Position numbers and translations under genes: made by a program. Under the pieces are notes generated by a model. It had not been told where the DNA came from and did no database searches. It saw nothing but the letters and a program-made list of their open reading frames with translations. A stretch of 64,000 nt of DNA, taken from positions 191,208,001-191,272,000 of the forward strand of contig OX597814.1 of assembly GCA_951406725.2 (NCBI GenBank), given 5' to 3'. This document shows, piece after piece, positions 1 through 12,781 of the stretch (its first letter is position 1; every line of letters starts with the position of its first letter). This DNA is from Octopus vulgaris. Its lineage: Eukaryota.

Positions 1-1319
1 ATATACATGTGGAACTCCTTAAGCTGGATATGTGTGTATGTGTGTGTGTGTGAGTGTGCTCTATTAAAATCATTCACTAACTGTTGTTTGGTTATTATCA
101 CTTGTCCTGTCAACAAATTATCCACTCATTTCTTGTTTCCTTGTGAATTAAAAAAGATCCCTTACTTGAATAACAGGTAAGAGTTAGCAACAGAAAGGGT
201 ATCAAGCAGTAAAAAAACACCCCTAAGCCATGCATACAAAAATGAAAGTAAAAATAAAAGCGCACAATGACGTGCTTTGATGGGAGAAGAGTATATTATT
301 GTTTATCAGTCAGCACGATTGTTTAATCTTTTATGTGGTTCTTATCTGTAGGATTAATGTGAAGATGAAAACATTTGTATTGTTTAAACAATTAGGTTTC
401 ATCCAAATGAAATCCATTTAATTGATTGGCAGATTCTCTCATTGACATACTTTAACCACAAGTTCTCTCATATGTGCTTTCCTATTTTACACATTGCCTC
501 TTCTGTCTCTTCAAACTGGACATCATTCGCATCAGCCTCACCCATCTGGGTGGGACTGCAAAGTTTGTTTGTACTTTCCCTTTATTTCTTGGACAAACTT
601 GCACCCCTTGGTCAAACATTAATTATTAAATAGCATTATAGGAAGGGATATTGTATTATAATTGGAATAAATATAGATGGAAATTGCTTCTTTTTTTTGT
701 GCCACTCAAACAAATGGTAATGATTTCATATTGTAAATATATGTCATTGATACGTTTTTCCCAGATCAATATTGCCTAATTGATTGAACTGTCTTATAAT
801 TCCTTTTCAAGGTTCTGCTTGTAGATGTTTAAATACTACTGTCCAGTCTCTACTGGCTTGTAAAAACAGACAGTAAATTGATGAATGGGGATAACATAAA
901 TGGTGTTAAGTAGAAAAGAAAAACAAGAAAAACTTGGATGAATATATAGGTTGAGTAAAGTTGCTTTTTATTAACCGGTTATGGTTGTTAAGCACCAGAT
1001 TAATGCTGATCTAGCAGATCTGCAACCAAAACCTTTTCAGCTGTATTCATTTCATCCAGTTTGAAGAAGTCTAATAGATTCATTGTTTGTCCTTAGGCTA
1101 GAGGCTAATGCATTATATAGGATGTCACTGTTGGTGATTCATTTGCTCCATTACTTATCAGTAGTAGATAGAAACTGAAGTCAACCAAGAATTAAAAAAC
1201 CTTAGTTTTCATGCCTATGTCTATTGTTTTCTGAATCTGCACTCAGAATTTATGAGTGTCACCTGTCAAATTTGCAACTTTCTTTGATGGAAACTGAACT
1301 TAATTTAAACAGATAATCC

Positions 1320-1552
1320 TATTTCTTCACTACCCACAAGGGGCTAAACACAGAGGGGACAAACAAGGACAGACACATGGATTAAGTCGATTACATCGAC
1401 CCCAGTGCGTAACTGGTACTTATTTAATTGACCCTGAAAGGATGAAAGGCAAAGTCGACCTCGGCAGAATTTGAACTCAGAACGTAACAGCAGACAAAAT
1501 ACCACTAAGCATTTCGTCCAACGTGCTAACGGTTCTACCAGCTCGCCACCTT
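1320..1552 (-). mobile_element. SINE family B (Nin-like central domain)
   Basis: Head ggcgagctgg..ctgagttcaaattc, core ggtcgactttgcctttcatcctttc.gggtc.attaaataagtaccag, tail aagaaata. Confidence 0.75.
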
Positions 1553-1792
1553 AAAGGATTTTAACTCTGTCATTTTCTACTCCACTCTTTGGTTCACTCA
1601 GTTTTTCATTGTTGTTCTGCCAGTGTTAGAATGTTAGCTACCATGCTGAATCAGTATCTACCATCTTTCTTATGGTTCTTGTTGTCCTAAGCAAAAAGAC
1701 TTTCTGTAGAGTCAAAAATTTCACTTCAATATCCACCATCTTCAACCAACCATTTAAACTTCTTGCAGCTGTTCTTAAGTTTCTGTTACAAT

Positions 1793-2295
1793 TTGCCTTT
1801 CATCCTTTCGGGGTCGATAAATTAGGTACCAGTTATGCACTGGGGTCGATGTAATCGACATAATCCCTTTGTCTGTCCTTGTTTGTCCCCTCTATGTTTA
1901 GCCCCTTGTGGGTAATAAAGAAACAGGTATTTCGTCTGCTGTTACATTCTGAGTTCAAATTCTGCTGAGGTTGACTTTGCCTTTCATCCTTTCGGGATCA
2001 ATAAATTAAGTACCAGTTACGCACTGGGGTCGATGTAATCGACATAATCCCTTTGTCTGTCCTTGTTTGTCCCCTCTATGTTTAGCCCCTTGTGGGTAAT
2101 AAAGAAACAGGTATTTCGTCTGCTGTTACGTTCTGAGTTCAAATTCTGCTGAGGTTGACTTTGCCTTTCATCCTTTCGGGATCAATAAATTAAGTACCAG
2201 TTACACACTGGGGTCGATGTAATCGACTTAATCCCTTTGTCTGTCCTTGTTTGTCCCCTCTATGTTTAGCCCGTTGTGGGCAATAAAGAAATAAG
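1793..2295 (+). mobile_element. Tandem array of SINE family B, 184-bp units
   Basis: Junctions aagaaaca|ggtatttcgtct at 1926 and 2110. Confidence 0.8.
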
Positions 2296-2931
2296 GAAGC
2301 TTGACTAGCATGGGACTCTTTTGCTTTGGGGCTGTCCCTCAGGATGGACATGGTGGCCATGTGAGTCCAGGGAATTTGCTATTAGGTTCTGGCCATAGAT
2401 ATATCTCAGTAGAAATGATCAATGTTATAACAGGATCTGAGAGGTAGGTGAACTACCCTTTTTCCCTCATACCACATTAATAAATTGTAATATCTCTCTA
2501 TTACTCTCTTTTTGTATGTGTATATCTCTGCACAAACATGTGTACAAGTGAGTGTGTGAGTTTGCCACCAGTGCCAAAAAGTACAGTTACCAAAACAAGC
2601 CGAATGTCCAGTCATCCATGCCAAATTATGAGAGTCCAAACAGCTGTGTCCAATTGTCTCATTCAGATTTGGAAGACAGTTAATAGATATTTTATCTTTA
2701 CATAAAAATAGGCCAAGCAATGATGCACATAGAAGTCCACTCAATTGATTCTATAGTCGGATATGGTTGTAAGAGAGTTTATTTAGAGTGTGATAGAAAT
2801 ACATTATTGATTATTTTTAACAATTTCGCATTTTCTGAGTATAACATAGTGTCATTGAAAAATATATGCTTAAAATAAATCTTTTAACAAAGTTGCTCAA
2901 ATAGAAATGAAGCTATAAATAATAGCTCATA

Positions 2932-3310
2932 TACTCTTTTACTTGTTTCAGTCATTTCACTGCGGCCATGCTGGAGCACCACCTTTAGTCAAGCAAATCG
3001 ACCCCGGGATGTATTCTTTGTAAGCCCAGTACTTATTCTATCGGTCTCTTTTGCCGAACCGCTAAGTGATGGGGACGTAAACACACCAGCATCGGTTGTC
3101 AAGCAATGCTAGGGGGACAAACAGACACACAAACACATACATATATGACAGGCTTCTTTCAGTTTCCGTCTACCAAATCCACTCACAAGGCATTGGTCGG
3201 CCCGGAGCTATAGCAGAAGACACTTGCCCAAGATGCCACGCAGTGGGACTGAACCCAGAACCATGTGGTTGGTTAGCAAGCTACTTACCACACAGCTACT
3301 CCTGCACCTA
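2932..3310 (-). mobile_element. tRNA-head SINE, family A
   Basis: Head ggagtggctgtgtggtaagtagc..ggttcagtccc (A/B-box-like), internal TA/TG microsatellite, tail gaaacaagtaaaagag. An inverted copy lies at 3545-3950. Confidence 0.8.
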
Positions 3311-3544
3311 TATTTTGGGGAAAAAAACACATTTTTTATATTTTTCACTTGTTTCAGTCAATTGACTGCTGGGGTACAACCTTGAAGGGTTTTAGTTATG
3401 CAGATTGAACCTAGTACTTGTTTGGTAGCTGTTCTGTTGGTTTCTATTTGCCAAACTGCTAAGTTACAGGGATATAAACAAACCAACACTGGTTGCCATG
3501 CAGTAGAGAGCAGAGGACAAACACATACACAAATAGTTACAAAC

Positions 3545-3950
3545 AGGCGCAGGTATGGTTGTATGGTAAGAAGCTTGCTTCCCAACTACATGGTTCTAGG
3601 TTCAGTCCCACTATGTGAAACCTTGGATAAGTGTCTTCTACCATATCCTTAGGCTGATCAAAGCCTTGTAAGTGGATTTGATCAATGGAAACTGAAAGAA
3701 GCCCATTGTATGTATATATATATACACATACACACACACACACATATTTATGTATGTGTGTCTTTGAGTCTATGTTTATCTCCCCACCACTGCTTGACAA
3801 CTGATGTTGGTATGTTTATGTCCCTGTAACTTAGTGTTTCAGCAAAAGAGACTGATAGTCCTGGGATTGATTTCTTTGACTAAAACCTTTTGAGGTAGTG
3901 CTCCAGCATGGCCACAGTCAAATGACTGAAACATGTAAAAGGATAAAAGA
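3545..3950 (+). mobile_element. tRNA-head SINE, family A
   Basis: Full-length, older copy. Confidence 0.75.
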
Positions 3951-4108
3951 ATATACATAGCATTATAATTTTTAAATATCTATAAAACTGTCAAAAGCTT
4001 GTTTATTTTTATGTTTTTGATTTATTGTTAATGTTGCTTAATATGTTTTGCTAAAATTGCTGTTTCTTTTCAGACATCATCAGAAAAAGGTAATTAAAAT
4101 TCATTAAA

Positions 4109-4390
4109 ATGATAGATCTATTGAACTTTCAAAGAGGTCAAATTGTTGGTGTTCATATGGCAGGTGCTAGCATAACGAAAACAGCCAAAATGTTTCATAT
4201 ATCAAGAAGTACTTTCTCAAAAGTAACAACAGCCTTTGAGAAAGAGGGAAAAACAAAACTCCGGAAGAAAACCAAAACTTTCAGATAGGGAACATCAGAC
4301 TCTTACACAAATTGTTAGAAAGTACAGCTCCTAAAATTACTGCAGAGCTTAATGACCACCTCGAGAACTCAGTTTCCACAAAAACTGTTT
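4109..4390 (+). pseudogene. Tc1-like transposase N-terminal fragment (frameshifted)
   Basis: MIDLLNFQRGQIVGVHMAGASITKTAKMFHISRSTFSKV...EKEGKT, then frameshifted SGRKPKLSDR...ITAELNDHLENSVSTKTV. This is typical of the Tc1 paired-HTH region. Confidence 0.8.
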
Positions 4391-4414
4391 GCTACTTACC
4401 ACACAACAACTCTT

Positions 4415-4971
4415 ATGCAAAGTTTTCATCATTTTTGACACCATCAAAGAGATCTTGTGCAACTGAAACCTAAATGTCTTTTTGGTCAGCTGAAAGGAGT
4501 TTTGACACAAACTTGGCAGACATGTGTCTCACCCAAATTTTCAGTAATAATAGACTAAACTGAACTGTAACTAATCTGCACATCCTCTGATAATTCATGG
4601 ATGGTGATTTGACGATTTCTGCTCACAGCTGCATGCACATCTGTGATGTTTTTCTCAGTTCTGCTGGTTGCGGGTCTCCCAGAACGTTTGTCAATATTGA
4701 CTTTTTTCAGTTATCTTGGAAATGTCTGAACCATTTGTACACTTGTGTGCAGCTCATACATTCCTTTCCATACACTTTCTGCAACTTTGCGTAGGCCTCT
4801 ACACACATTCCTTCCAAGGGCTGCTGTAAACAGTAGAAGTGAGCAAGAAAGTTAAAACTTAGTGTGCATGCACAACAGCATTTAAGGTCAATCTTTGCCA
4901 AGTGGCTTTACTCTGCATGCTTTAGCTTCGTTACAATGGCAACAGTCCGGATACTTATTGATAAAACCTCG
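4415..4971 (-). mobile_element. Mariner transposon remnant (left TIR plus decayed transposase N-terminus)
   Basis: TA-cgaggttttatcaataagtatccggac terminus. Translation YAKLQKVYGKECMSCTQVYKWFRHFQD...ERSGRPATSRTE...SAKFVSKLLS with stops and frameshifts. Confidence 0.8.
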
Positions 4972-5184
4972 TATCATCATCATCATCATCGTTTAGCATC
5001 CACTTTCCCTGCTAGCATAGGTTGGACGGTTCAACTGGGGTCTGGGAAGCCAGAAGGCTGCACCAGGCCCAGTCTGATTTGGCAATGTTTCTACGTATAT
5101 ATATATATATATTTATATATTTTCTCTCTAGTTTCAGCTCAGAGCTGCGGCCATGCTGATGCACCGCTGTTTTGCTACACTGTT

Positions 5185-5342
5185 ATTACAAAGAGCCTCC
5201 TCTAATGTGTGGCACTTGGTGAAGAATGGAGTTTAATATAGCTACCCTCATTTGCACCTCTTGCCGTGAGGTAGGTTCATCTGGGACTCTCGACAGGAAG
5301 AGGTCCAGCTTTGATTTAAAAACCCTACATCTACTTTGTGCA

Positions 5343-5343
<1 letters not shown>
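5185..5343 (-). mobile_element. CR1-group LINE ORF2 C-terminal fragment
   Basis: FKSKLDLFLSRVPDEPT...NSILHQ resembles the CR1-group ORF2 C-terminus. Confidence 0.55.
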
Positions 5344-5393
<50 letters not shown>

Positions 5394-5594
5394 TAAATAT
5401 ACACACATGCACACATACATGCACATCCATATGTGAAGGGCTTCTTTCAGATTCTGTCAATCAAATCCAACCACAATGTTATAAACAAGTTTTCATATTT
5501 TTTGGACTAATAATTAAAAAAACAATTTAAGTTAATAAAGAACACGGAACACATTATAAAATGACAAACATTAATAGATTTGATTCATGGAACT

Positions 5595-5600
5595 TTTATT
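5595..5600 (-). promoter_or_regulatory. Candidate polyadenylation signal (AATAAA) with downstream GU-rich element
   Basis: Minus-strand AATAAA (a second at 5633-5638), followed ~25 nt later by TGTTTGTC...TGTGTTCCGTGTT. Confidence 0.3.
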
Positions 5601-6373
5601 TCAGTTAGAATTTGAAATCAATAGATTTTTTTTTTATTCCATAAACAAAATAAATGTGTCAGGAAAGTAAATATATAAATATCAATAAAGCAAGATAAAC
5701 ATAACAACAGGAGCTGGTGTAAGATAAAATATCACAATCTATCAAACAACAATAATTGATAACAAAGATCTTCAAAATAACGGCTGATTTGAGAAACTTT
5801 CATAGCAGATCTTTGGTTTATATTTCAATATGTAGTGGGAGAAGTGAACTGTTCAGCTGGATTCTCTATCTGCACAGCTTCATGAAGTTCACAGGTGGTG
5901 AAGTGTGGCAAACTTGTAGTTTAATTGGATAGTAGAAACATAGGTATAGAAAGGGTGAAAAAAAACAACAAAATCATGACAAAACGGGTACAGGATGTAT
6001 CATCAAATGCAATCATCAAAGCTGATGAGTTAAATCGGTTGCTACTGCGAGTTTCTCATTATGTGAGTTCCTGCTGGGCAATAAAAAGATGAGTCAAGTT
6101 TTTGTCATCTAAAGAAACTGAGTAGAAACAGAGAGAATCATCTTCCTGGAACAAATAAATAAACTCTACTACATGCATTAAGTAGTCTTCCACCCATTTC
6201 TACACACGCACAGTAATACATACAAACCTTGGCAAATTAACTTACAAGCACCTCTGCATATCTTTGGCTAAACAGATTACTCTGAATAAATGTTTTCTAG
6301 GTAATTCAACTGGTCACTTCATCATATATGTTTGTATACTATGTACTTTCATGCACACACTTAAGTCTATACA

Positions 6374-6413
<40 letters not shown>

Positions 6414-6414
<1 letters not shown>

Positions 6415-6705
6415 TGTTGTGTCTGGGGAGAGTCATTTTCTTTTTGTACCTTATTATGTTAGACACTCACTGGTAAAATTTCCACTTTTTTTCTTATTTT
6501 TTAAGAGAGTCAAAACTATTAAAAAGGTTGCAAGATGCAACGAAAATTTTAGGACAATAATAATAAGAAAAAAAGTAGAAATTTTACCAGTGAGTGTGTT
6601 ACATAATAAGGCACAAAAAGAAAATGACTCTCCCCAGACACAACAGAATATGCTTCAATACACGAACTCATATAAAGAATCTTGCAAACCAAATCCAAAA
6701 ACGAA
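6414..6705 (+). mobile_element. Fold-back Penelope-like element with HHR-like motif, flanked by (TA)n
   Basis: Inverted arms ~6414-6500 and ~6560-6646, gttgc-aagat-gcaac-GAAA motif at 6516-6553, unique tail with the shared 32-nt motif. Confidence 0.6.
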
Positions 6706-7794
6706 ATATATATATATATTGTATAATGTAACTATGTCCAATTTGATTCATATAAGACAATTTATGCATAAATTATGCACTTCAACTCACACATTTTGTA
6801 TTAAACATATTTAACACAAATAATTTAATAATATTAATAATAATAACAATAAAAAAATTGCAATTTCGTTTTAAAAACCATGTCCACTGAATTTTATAAA
6901 TATGGAATGTCGCACATAATAAATTCTACATATTTTTTTCGTACAAAGATTGATAAAATATCTTGAAGTTATACTAGTGTGTGTCAACAACCTGCTTACT
7001 GGTGCAGGTCACCAAGGAGAAAAAAAAAGACTTACATACACAGAAAAGTTAGTGAAGTAAGTAAAAGCAAAGAGAAAATATTTTAAAATATATACTAACA
7101 AAGTGCATGACAATATAAAAATAAATAAAATTTCAACACATGTACAAGACAAAAGGCTATGATGTACACAGACAAATGACGGTATGTCAAAACAAAGACA
7201 TGTTATGACATGGTTAAGAGGATTAGCATGAGTGTAGATGTCCATTAGCAATCTGACGGATACTCAGTTAGTTTTGACAATGTCCATTCAGGTGTTTGAT
7301 CAACTAAACTGCTTGATTGTTAAATTAACATGTGGCTGAGTATTCCACAGACATATGAACCCTTACTGTAACTCTCAGGCTATGCATACATGACAGAATA
7401 TGTGACAAGCTGGACCTTTGAATTACAAGTACAAATAATTCAACGGGCTTCCACACAGTTTCCATTCACCTAATTTGATGTACAAGGTTTAGGTTGATTG
7501 GGAACTGAGCTAAAGGACATTTGCTGAAGATGCTACACAACAGGGTTGAACTCAGTATCTTGTGGTTGTGAAACAAACTTCTTAACCACTTGGACAACTC
7601 GCATGTACACCAGCAATCTAGTAAATATCAACGAGACAAAAATTTAATAAATATATAAATAAATAAATTGAAGGAACTAGAAAAGGTAAACAAAACAATG
7701 GAGCAAAGAGAATAAATATAAAAAAAAAACAATTATTGGTTAATAATTGTAGACTGAATTTTCAAAAATGCTTTACAAAATCTGTTTTTACAAT

Positions 7795-7900
7795 TGTATG
7801 TATATATACATATAGAACATACATACACAAACACATACATACATGTATACACACACACATGCATATATAAGTACAAACATATACATGTGTGTATATGTAT

Positions 7901-7967
<67 letters not shown>

Positions 7968-8092
7968 CATATTCACACACACACACACACTTATATATGC
8001 ATATGCATACACATGTATGTATGAATGTGTGTGTGTGTGCGTATATATATATATATATATAACAGCATGTGTGTGCGTGTGTACACACATAC
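7795..8092. repeat. Degenerate (TA)n/(CA)n low-complexity tract
   Basis: Read directly. Similar tracts lie at 46350-46670, 50100-50405, 15409-15466 and 15638-15677. Confidence 0.9.
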
Positions 8093-8936
8093 TCACAATT
8101 TAAAAAATTCAGATTTGAAATTCTTTATTGTTCACAATATAGAAATATAGAAACAGCATTTAGTGCTCAGCAAATTATTTTTCCATTTTTCTCTTCAGTG
8201 AATTTGTAGCATAAATATAAAAAAAAACTTTAAAAAAACACCAAAAACAAAAAACACACACACACACTTAAAAAAACCTAACAAAACAAATGAAAACAAA
8301 CAATGAAAAAAAATTGTTGAACAATCAACTGCAAATTGCAATTATTGGGATTGTTTCATATGCATTTCTCCAATAGTTTTAAAAAGAGTTATTCTTGAGG
8401 AGAAACATGATAATGGACTGAAAGCCTGTTTTAAATTATATACAATGGTAATTTACAGTAATGGCTTTGATTTTTTATCTCTTTTTTTTTTTATATCTAC
8501 TGCAGCTACTAGAAAATATCACAGTATGCTGCAGTCTATCTCACTTTTCAAGATATTAAATAACCCTAAAGATATATTCGCCTGACATCCATGGATGGAA
8601 AGTCAGTTCAGTTAAAAAAAACATAGTAGTTTTGTTCATGGAAGGACTTGAATTCAGTGTCGCAAGCTAATAATACTGATTACAGAACTGAACAGCATCT
8701 CGGTTAAAGTCATAGATTAGTTATAGATAAATGGAATGGGATATTGAGGGTTTATGTGTCTTGGTAATTTCCCCCAGCACAGCAACATCGATGGGATACA
8801 AACGGGTGAATATTCTACCAGTGGACTGACATGTCAACTTAAGCCAGCTGTCAAATCTCATTGGCTATCTTAAAGCAATCAAATTCATGGGTGTAACTGG
8901 TTGTTGGATATCACTCCAAAATAAAAGAACTACTTA

Positions 8937-9100
8937 CCATATTTTAACATGTATAAGGAACCCTCTAATTTTTTGGGCTTAAAATTTGGAAAAAAAGGTT
9001 TTGTAAGGGATTATCATACTATCCATGTATAAGAAACTCCCATATTTTTTTAACATAATTTTTGACAAAGAAAGAGTTCCTTATACATGTTAAAATATGG
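8937..9100. mobile_element. Tc2/pogo-like MITE with right end tandemly duplicated to ~9248
   Basis: TA-ccatattttaacatgtataaggaac ... gttccttatacatgttaaaatatgg-TA. ~9028-9137 is repeated at ~9138-9248. Confidence 0.7.
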
Positions 9101-9472
9101 TATGTCTCAAACTAACACCAGAAATATCACCAAACTTTATAAGAAACTCCCATATTTTTTTTATATAATTTTTGACAAAAAAAAGGGTTCCTTATACATG
9201 TTAAAATATGGTATGTCTCAAACTAACACCAGGAATATCACCAAACTTTAAAAAAAAATTTTTTTTTACCCAATCTTCAAAATTGAAAATTTAAATTGTG
9301 TCAGTAATTTAATCACGGAAATTAGATATGAGACCTGACACTTTAAGTTAATGAATGCGGTACTCAAAGTCAAGATAGCTCTCATAAATTTCTTCATTGA
9401 AACTACATATGCCAGTATTGTATAGTGGTAACTACACCAAACTGTCATCTGTGTAATTAACTATATATACAC

Positions 9473-9588
9473 AGGATTTAAATTTGAACTACTATTAGTT
9501 TTATGCCTCTGAAAATACGCTAGTCAGACAAGCTTGTTCATTGTATTTCCAGAAGCATAACATTAACAATAGCTCAAATTTTAATCCT
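9473..9588. repeat. Imperfect 116-bp palindrome (MITE-like)
   Basis: aggatttaaatttgaacta/tagctcaaattttaatcct and ttatgcctctgaaaatac/gtatttccagaagcataa. Confidence 0.6.
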
Positions 9589-12235
9589 TTATTTATTAGA
9601 TATTTATCTTTCACTGGATGGAGTATTTTTTTTGTTGACCCCTACCAACAATGGCTTGAGAGAACATCACATACATATTAATACAAGAGTTGTAAAGTAT
9701 GTAGAAATACATTTTACATAGTGCACACATTATCTAATATAGAACTCAATATATGGCAGAGGGGATAGATATATATTTATATAATAAGTTTTGCTTATGC
9801 CTATTCATAACAGCCAAGAGTGGAACTTTTGATATAACACACACACACACTATATATATCCTCATCATTTAACACCTGTTGTCCATGCTAGCATGGATTT
9901 TTCATATATATGTATATACACACACACACACACACACACATATATACTGATGTTTGTGTGCATCAGACCTTTTATATTACAGCAAACTGTTTGAGACTAA
10001 ACCAGCTTAGGTCTAGAAAAGATTAAGGATACCAAGGGCACAATTTCAGCCTTAACAGAGCAATGAAAGACAGTAAAGAAGCCTGAGTTTTGCAACTAAA
10101 TTTAATAAAATTTCCCTAGCCTATTGCTAAAGAATCTTCCAGCAACCATAAAATCTAGCTTGCACAACTCTGATTCCAGAACTCAATAAGATAATGGTGT
10201 TTTGCCATATGTCAGTGCCTACCAACTACATGTGGTTAATATATAAGAGTTGTATGTGGGTGATTTTATATATAACCTACTTCATAGGAGGAAAGATGTA
10301 AAATAAAATAAAAATTATCTTGTTTATTATTCTTTAATAGTTACATCATTAATAAGAATACTTTTGAAAACTTGTTTGGTATTTTCATCATATATAGAAG
10401 AAAACAGGTATGCTTAATTTCTTTTCTTTTTTTTTCTAAATCACTCAACTATTTGGTTTCGAATGTATTAAATAATCATGTTAAAAAGTAATCTTGTAAT
10501 TTTAATATGAATTTCTTTTAGAAGTATTTCTCATGTAATTTGGGAGTATAGCAGCCTATATACATACATGACTTTAAAATGTTTTAGTAAGGGGTTGATA
10601 TTACCATGAACCAGGAGTCATGTCAGCATATTTGGAAAAACTCAAATTCTTTGGGATGTCATGATGCCTCGTGGATAATACCGACTTTGAAAAGGTAATG
10701 TAATAGAAAAACTAGAAAAGGGAAGCTAATCTAATTCAAATACTCTTCTGAATAGAAGGAGAACAAAATATGGTAGACACCATGGCCCTTGTTTTGTAGG
10801 ACATTGACGTGAATAAGAATATAATATGCAACTGGTTAGTAGAACACACAAAAGATAGTATAGCTGAAGAAAGAATGGTTGAATCATTAGCGATATTGGA
10901 TAAAATTTCCCTTAATTAATGTACAGGAAGGATAATAAATAAAGTTGGTTCATAAATAATAACTAGCAGGTAGATGATGAAATAGTTTTAAATGTAATGA
11001 CGGAAAACCAGTTTCTTAAACAAAATTTTAGCGAATATAGTCTTAACCAGTGCAAAATTAACTGAAAGAGAACAATGATATATCCATATATAAAGATAAA
11101 AAGTAGAGATAAGTGAGATAACATACTTTTCTGTCAGCATATTTGAATCTCTGAATAGAACAATCATACAGACACACATTCTAGTTGGAAGACATTTTAA
11201 AGTGAAGATTGAAATAAAGGTAAATAAAACATCTTAGAACCCTAAAAAATTTTGACACCATTCCACATTCCTATCTTCTTTACTTTAGTTTGATGAAGAT
11301 CAGAGCCATGTTCATTACAACAAGATTCATTTAATATTATTCATTACAAATAACAATGGAATCTTTCTGACATAAAGAATATTTAAAATCCTTTTCTTTC
11401 CTCTCCATAATTGCTGATATTAGAAAAGATTCTTGGAATTTTAAAGAACTTACTTTCTGAACTAACTTTTGGCTCAAAATAAATAGCATGAAATTTATCA
11501 TCATTATCAAGAAATTGGTCTGGAATTATTACAATCTGCAATAACATTAATTTAATGGATTTTTGTTGTTAAAGCTGTTTTACAGTCATTATAGTTCCAT
11601 ACTAGCATTGGAGAGTGGGGTATGATTTTCACAAATCTGAACATTTTTGCACAATGAATGCAAATGAATGCATAATGAATTACAAGTGAATGCTCCTTCT
11701 CTCACTAAACTGAACCAATTGAGAAATGGGCTATGTGCTTTGCTCAGGGGGTAACTAACAACATTATATAAATCTAATTAAAGCCAAGTATACGTCAGTA
11801 CAAGTTACAATGATTGTCTCAATGGTTACACAGCTTCTGGTTTTATTTATCTGGGTATATATTTTAAGGAAACCAGCCAGATGTTATACAAAAGCTTTGG
11901 GGATTTCAGTGGTAGGGATTTATAAGATAAAATAAGACATTTGTGTGTTATTTGTTGTGGCAACACTGATCGCTGTTCTCAACCAATTCTTATATAAAGG
12001 TGATAATATTTGGGCAACAAATCATAAATGAATATTATGATAATGCTGCAAAAGAAACAGGGATAGCTTATAATAGCATTAGTAATTATTAGATACTTTT
12101 CCATCCCACCAAATTTGTGACTGTGTACTTATTTAAAAGAAAATATTTAGAATTATTTTTCATGGTTGAAAAATTCATACCAAAGTAATTTCAGGAGTAA
12201 ATTACAACTTTATTACAATTTTATTATTATTTATT

Positions 12236-12741
12236 GTCTTTGCACAGCTTCTAACACTGGAGATGTACTACAGTACCAGCTGTTCACTACCAGTGAACTA
12301 AGGTAACACCCCCTTATTTTTCGAGCACCATTTGGAATATTCGAGCAATTCCAAGCAGTGCTGTTTTCTTCAAGTGCTCCACCCTTATTGTAGCCCCTAT
12401 TTGTTCCATGTACTTCTCAAAATTTTTATTCACTGTTCCCAGGGCTCTGAAAATTATTGGTACTACTACCACCTTTTTCACCGACCACAACTGCTTAACC
12501 TCCCAAGCTAACCTATCATATCTATCGACTTTTCTTTCTTCCTTATTGCATACCTTGTTGTCAGCTGGGGATGTTATATCTATCACCCAGCATCGTTTGC
12601 TTTCTTTCTCAACACTATGTCTGGTTTCCTATTCTCTATCTCATGGTTGCACTGAATCATAAAATTCCATAGGATTTTTGCATTATCATTTTCGATGATG
12701 CCATCCGGTTTATGTTCATATCACTTTTTTTCTGTCAAGTC

Positions 12742-12744
<3 letters not shown>
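12236..12744 (-). mobile_element. Dong/R4-like non-LTR retrotransposon 3' fragment (restriction-like endonuclease domain)
   Basis: YEHKPDGIIENDNAKILWNF...RKPDIVL / IDITSPAD..KEERKVDRYDRLAWEVKQLW..VVPII..LG (PD..D..K motif). Flanked by (TAA)n at both ends. Confidence 0.8.

Positions 12745-12781
<37 letters not shown>

Noticed and set aside
3096-3365. Recurrent 'LLSVSVYQIHSQGFGRPEAIVEDTCPRCHAVGLNPEPCG' ORFs
   Set aside because: Antisense reading of SINE family A. The frame is not preserved among copies.
6021-6120. CTGATGAG hammerhead-like word
   Set aside because: No stem II-GAAA or stem I partner at a usable distance.
7733-8103. Clusters of YIYI/CVCV/HTHT ORFs (also 46213-46741, 49914-50497, 18871-19202, 60812-61115)
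   Set aside because: Translations of microsatellites.
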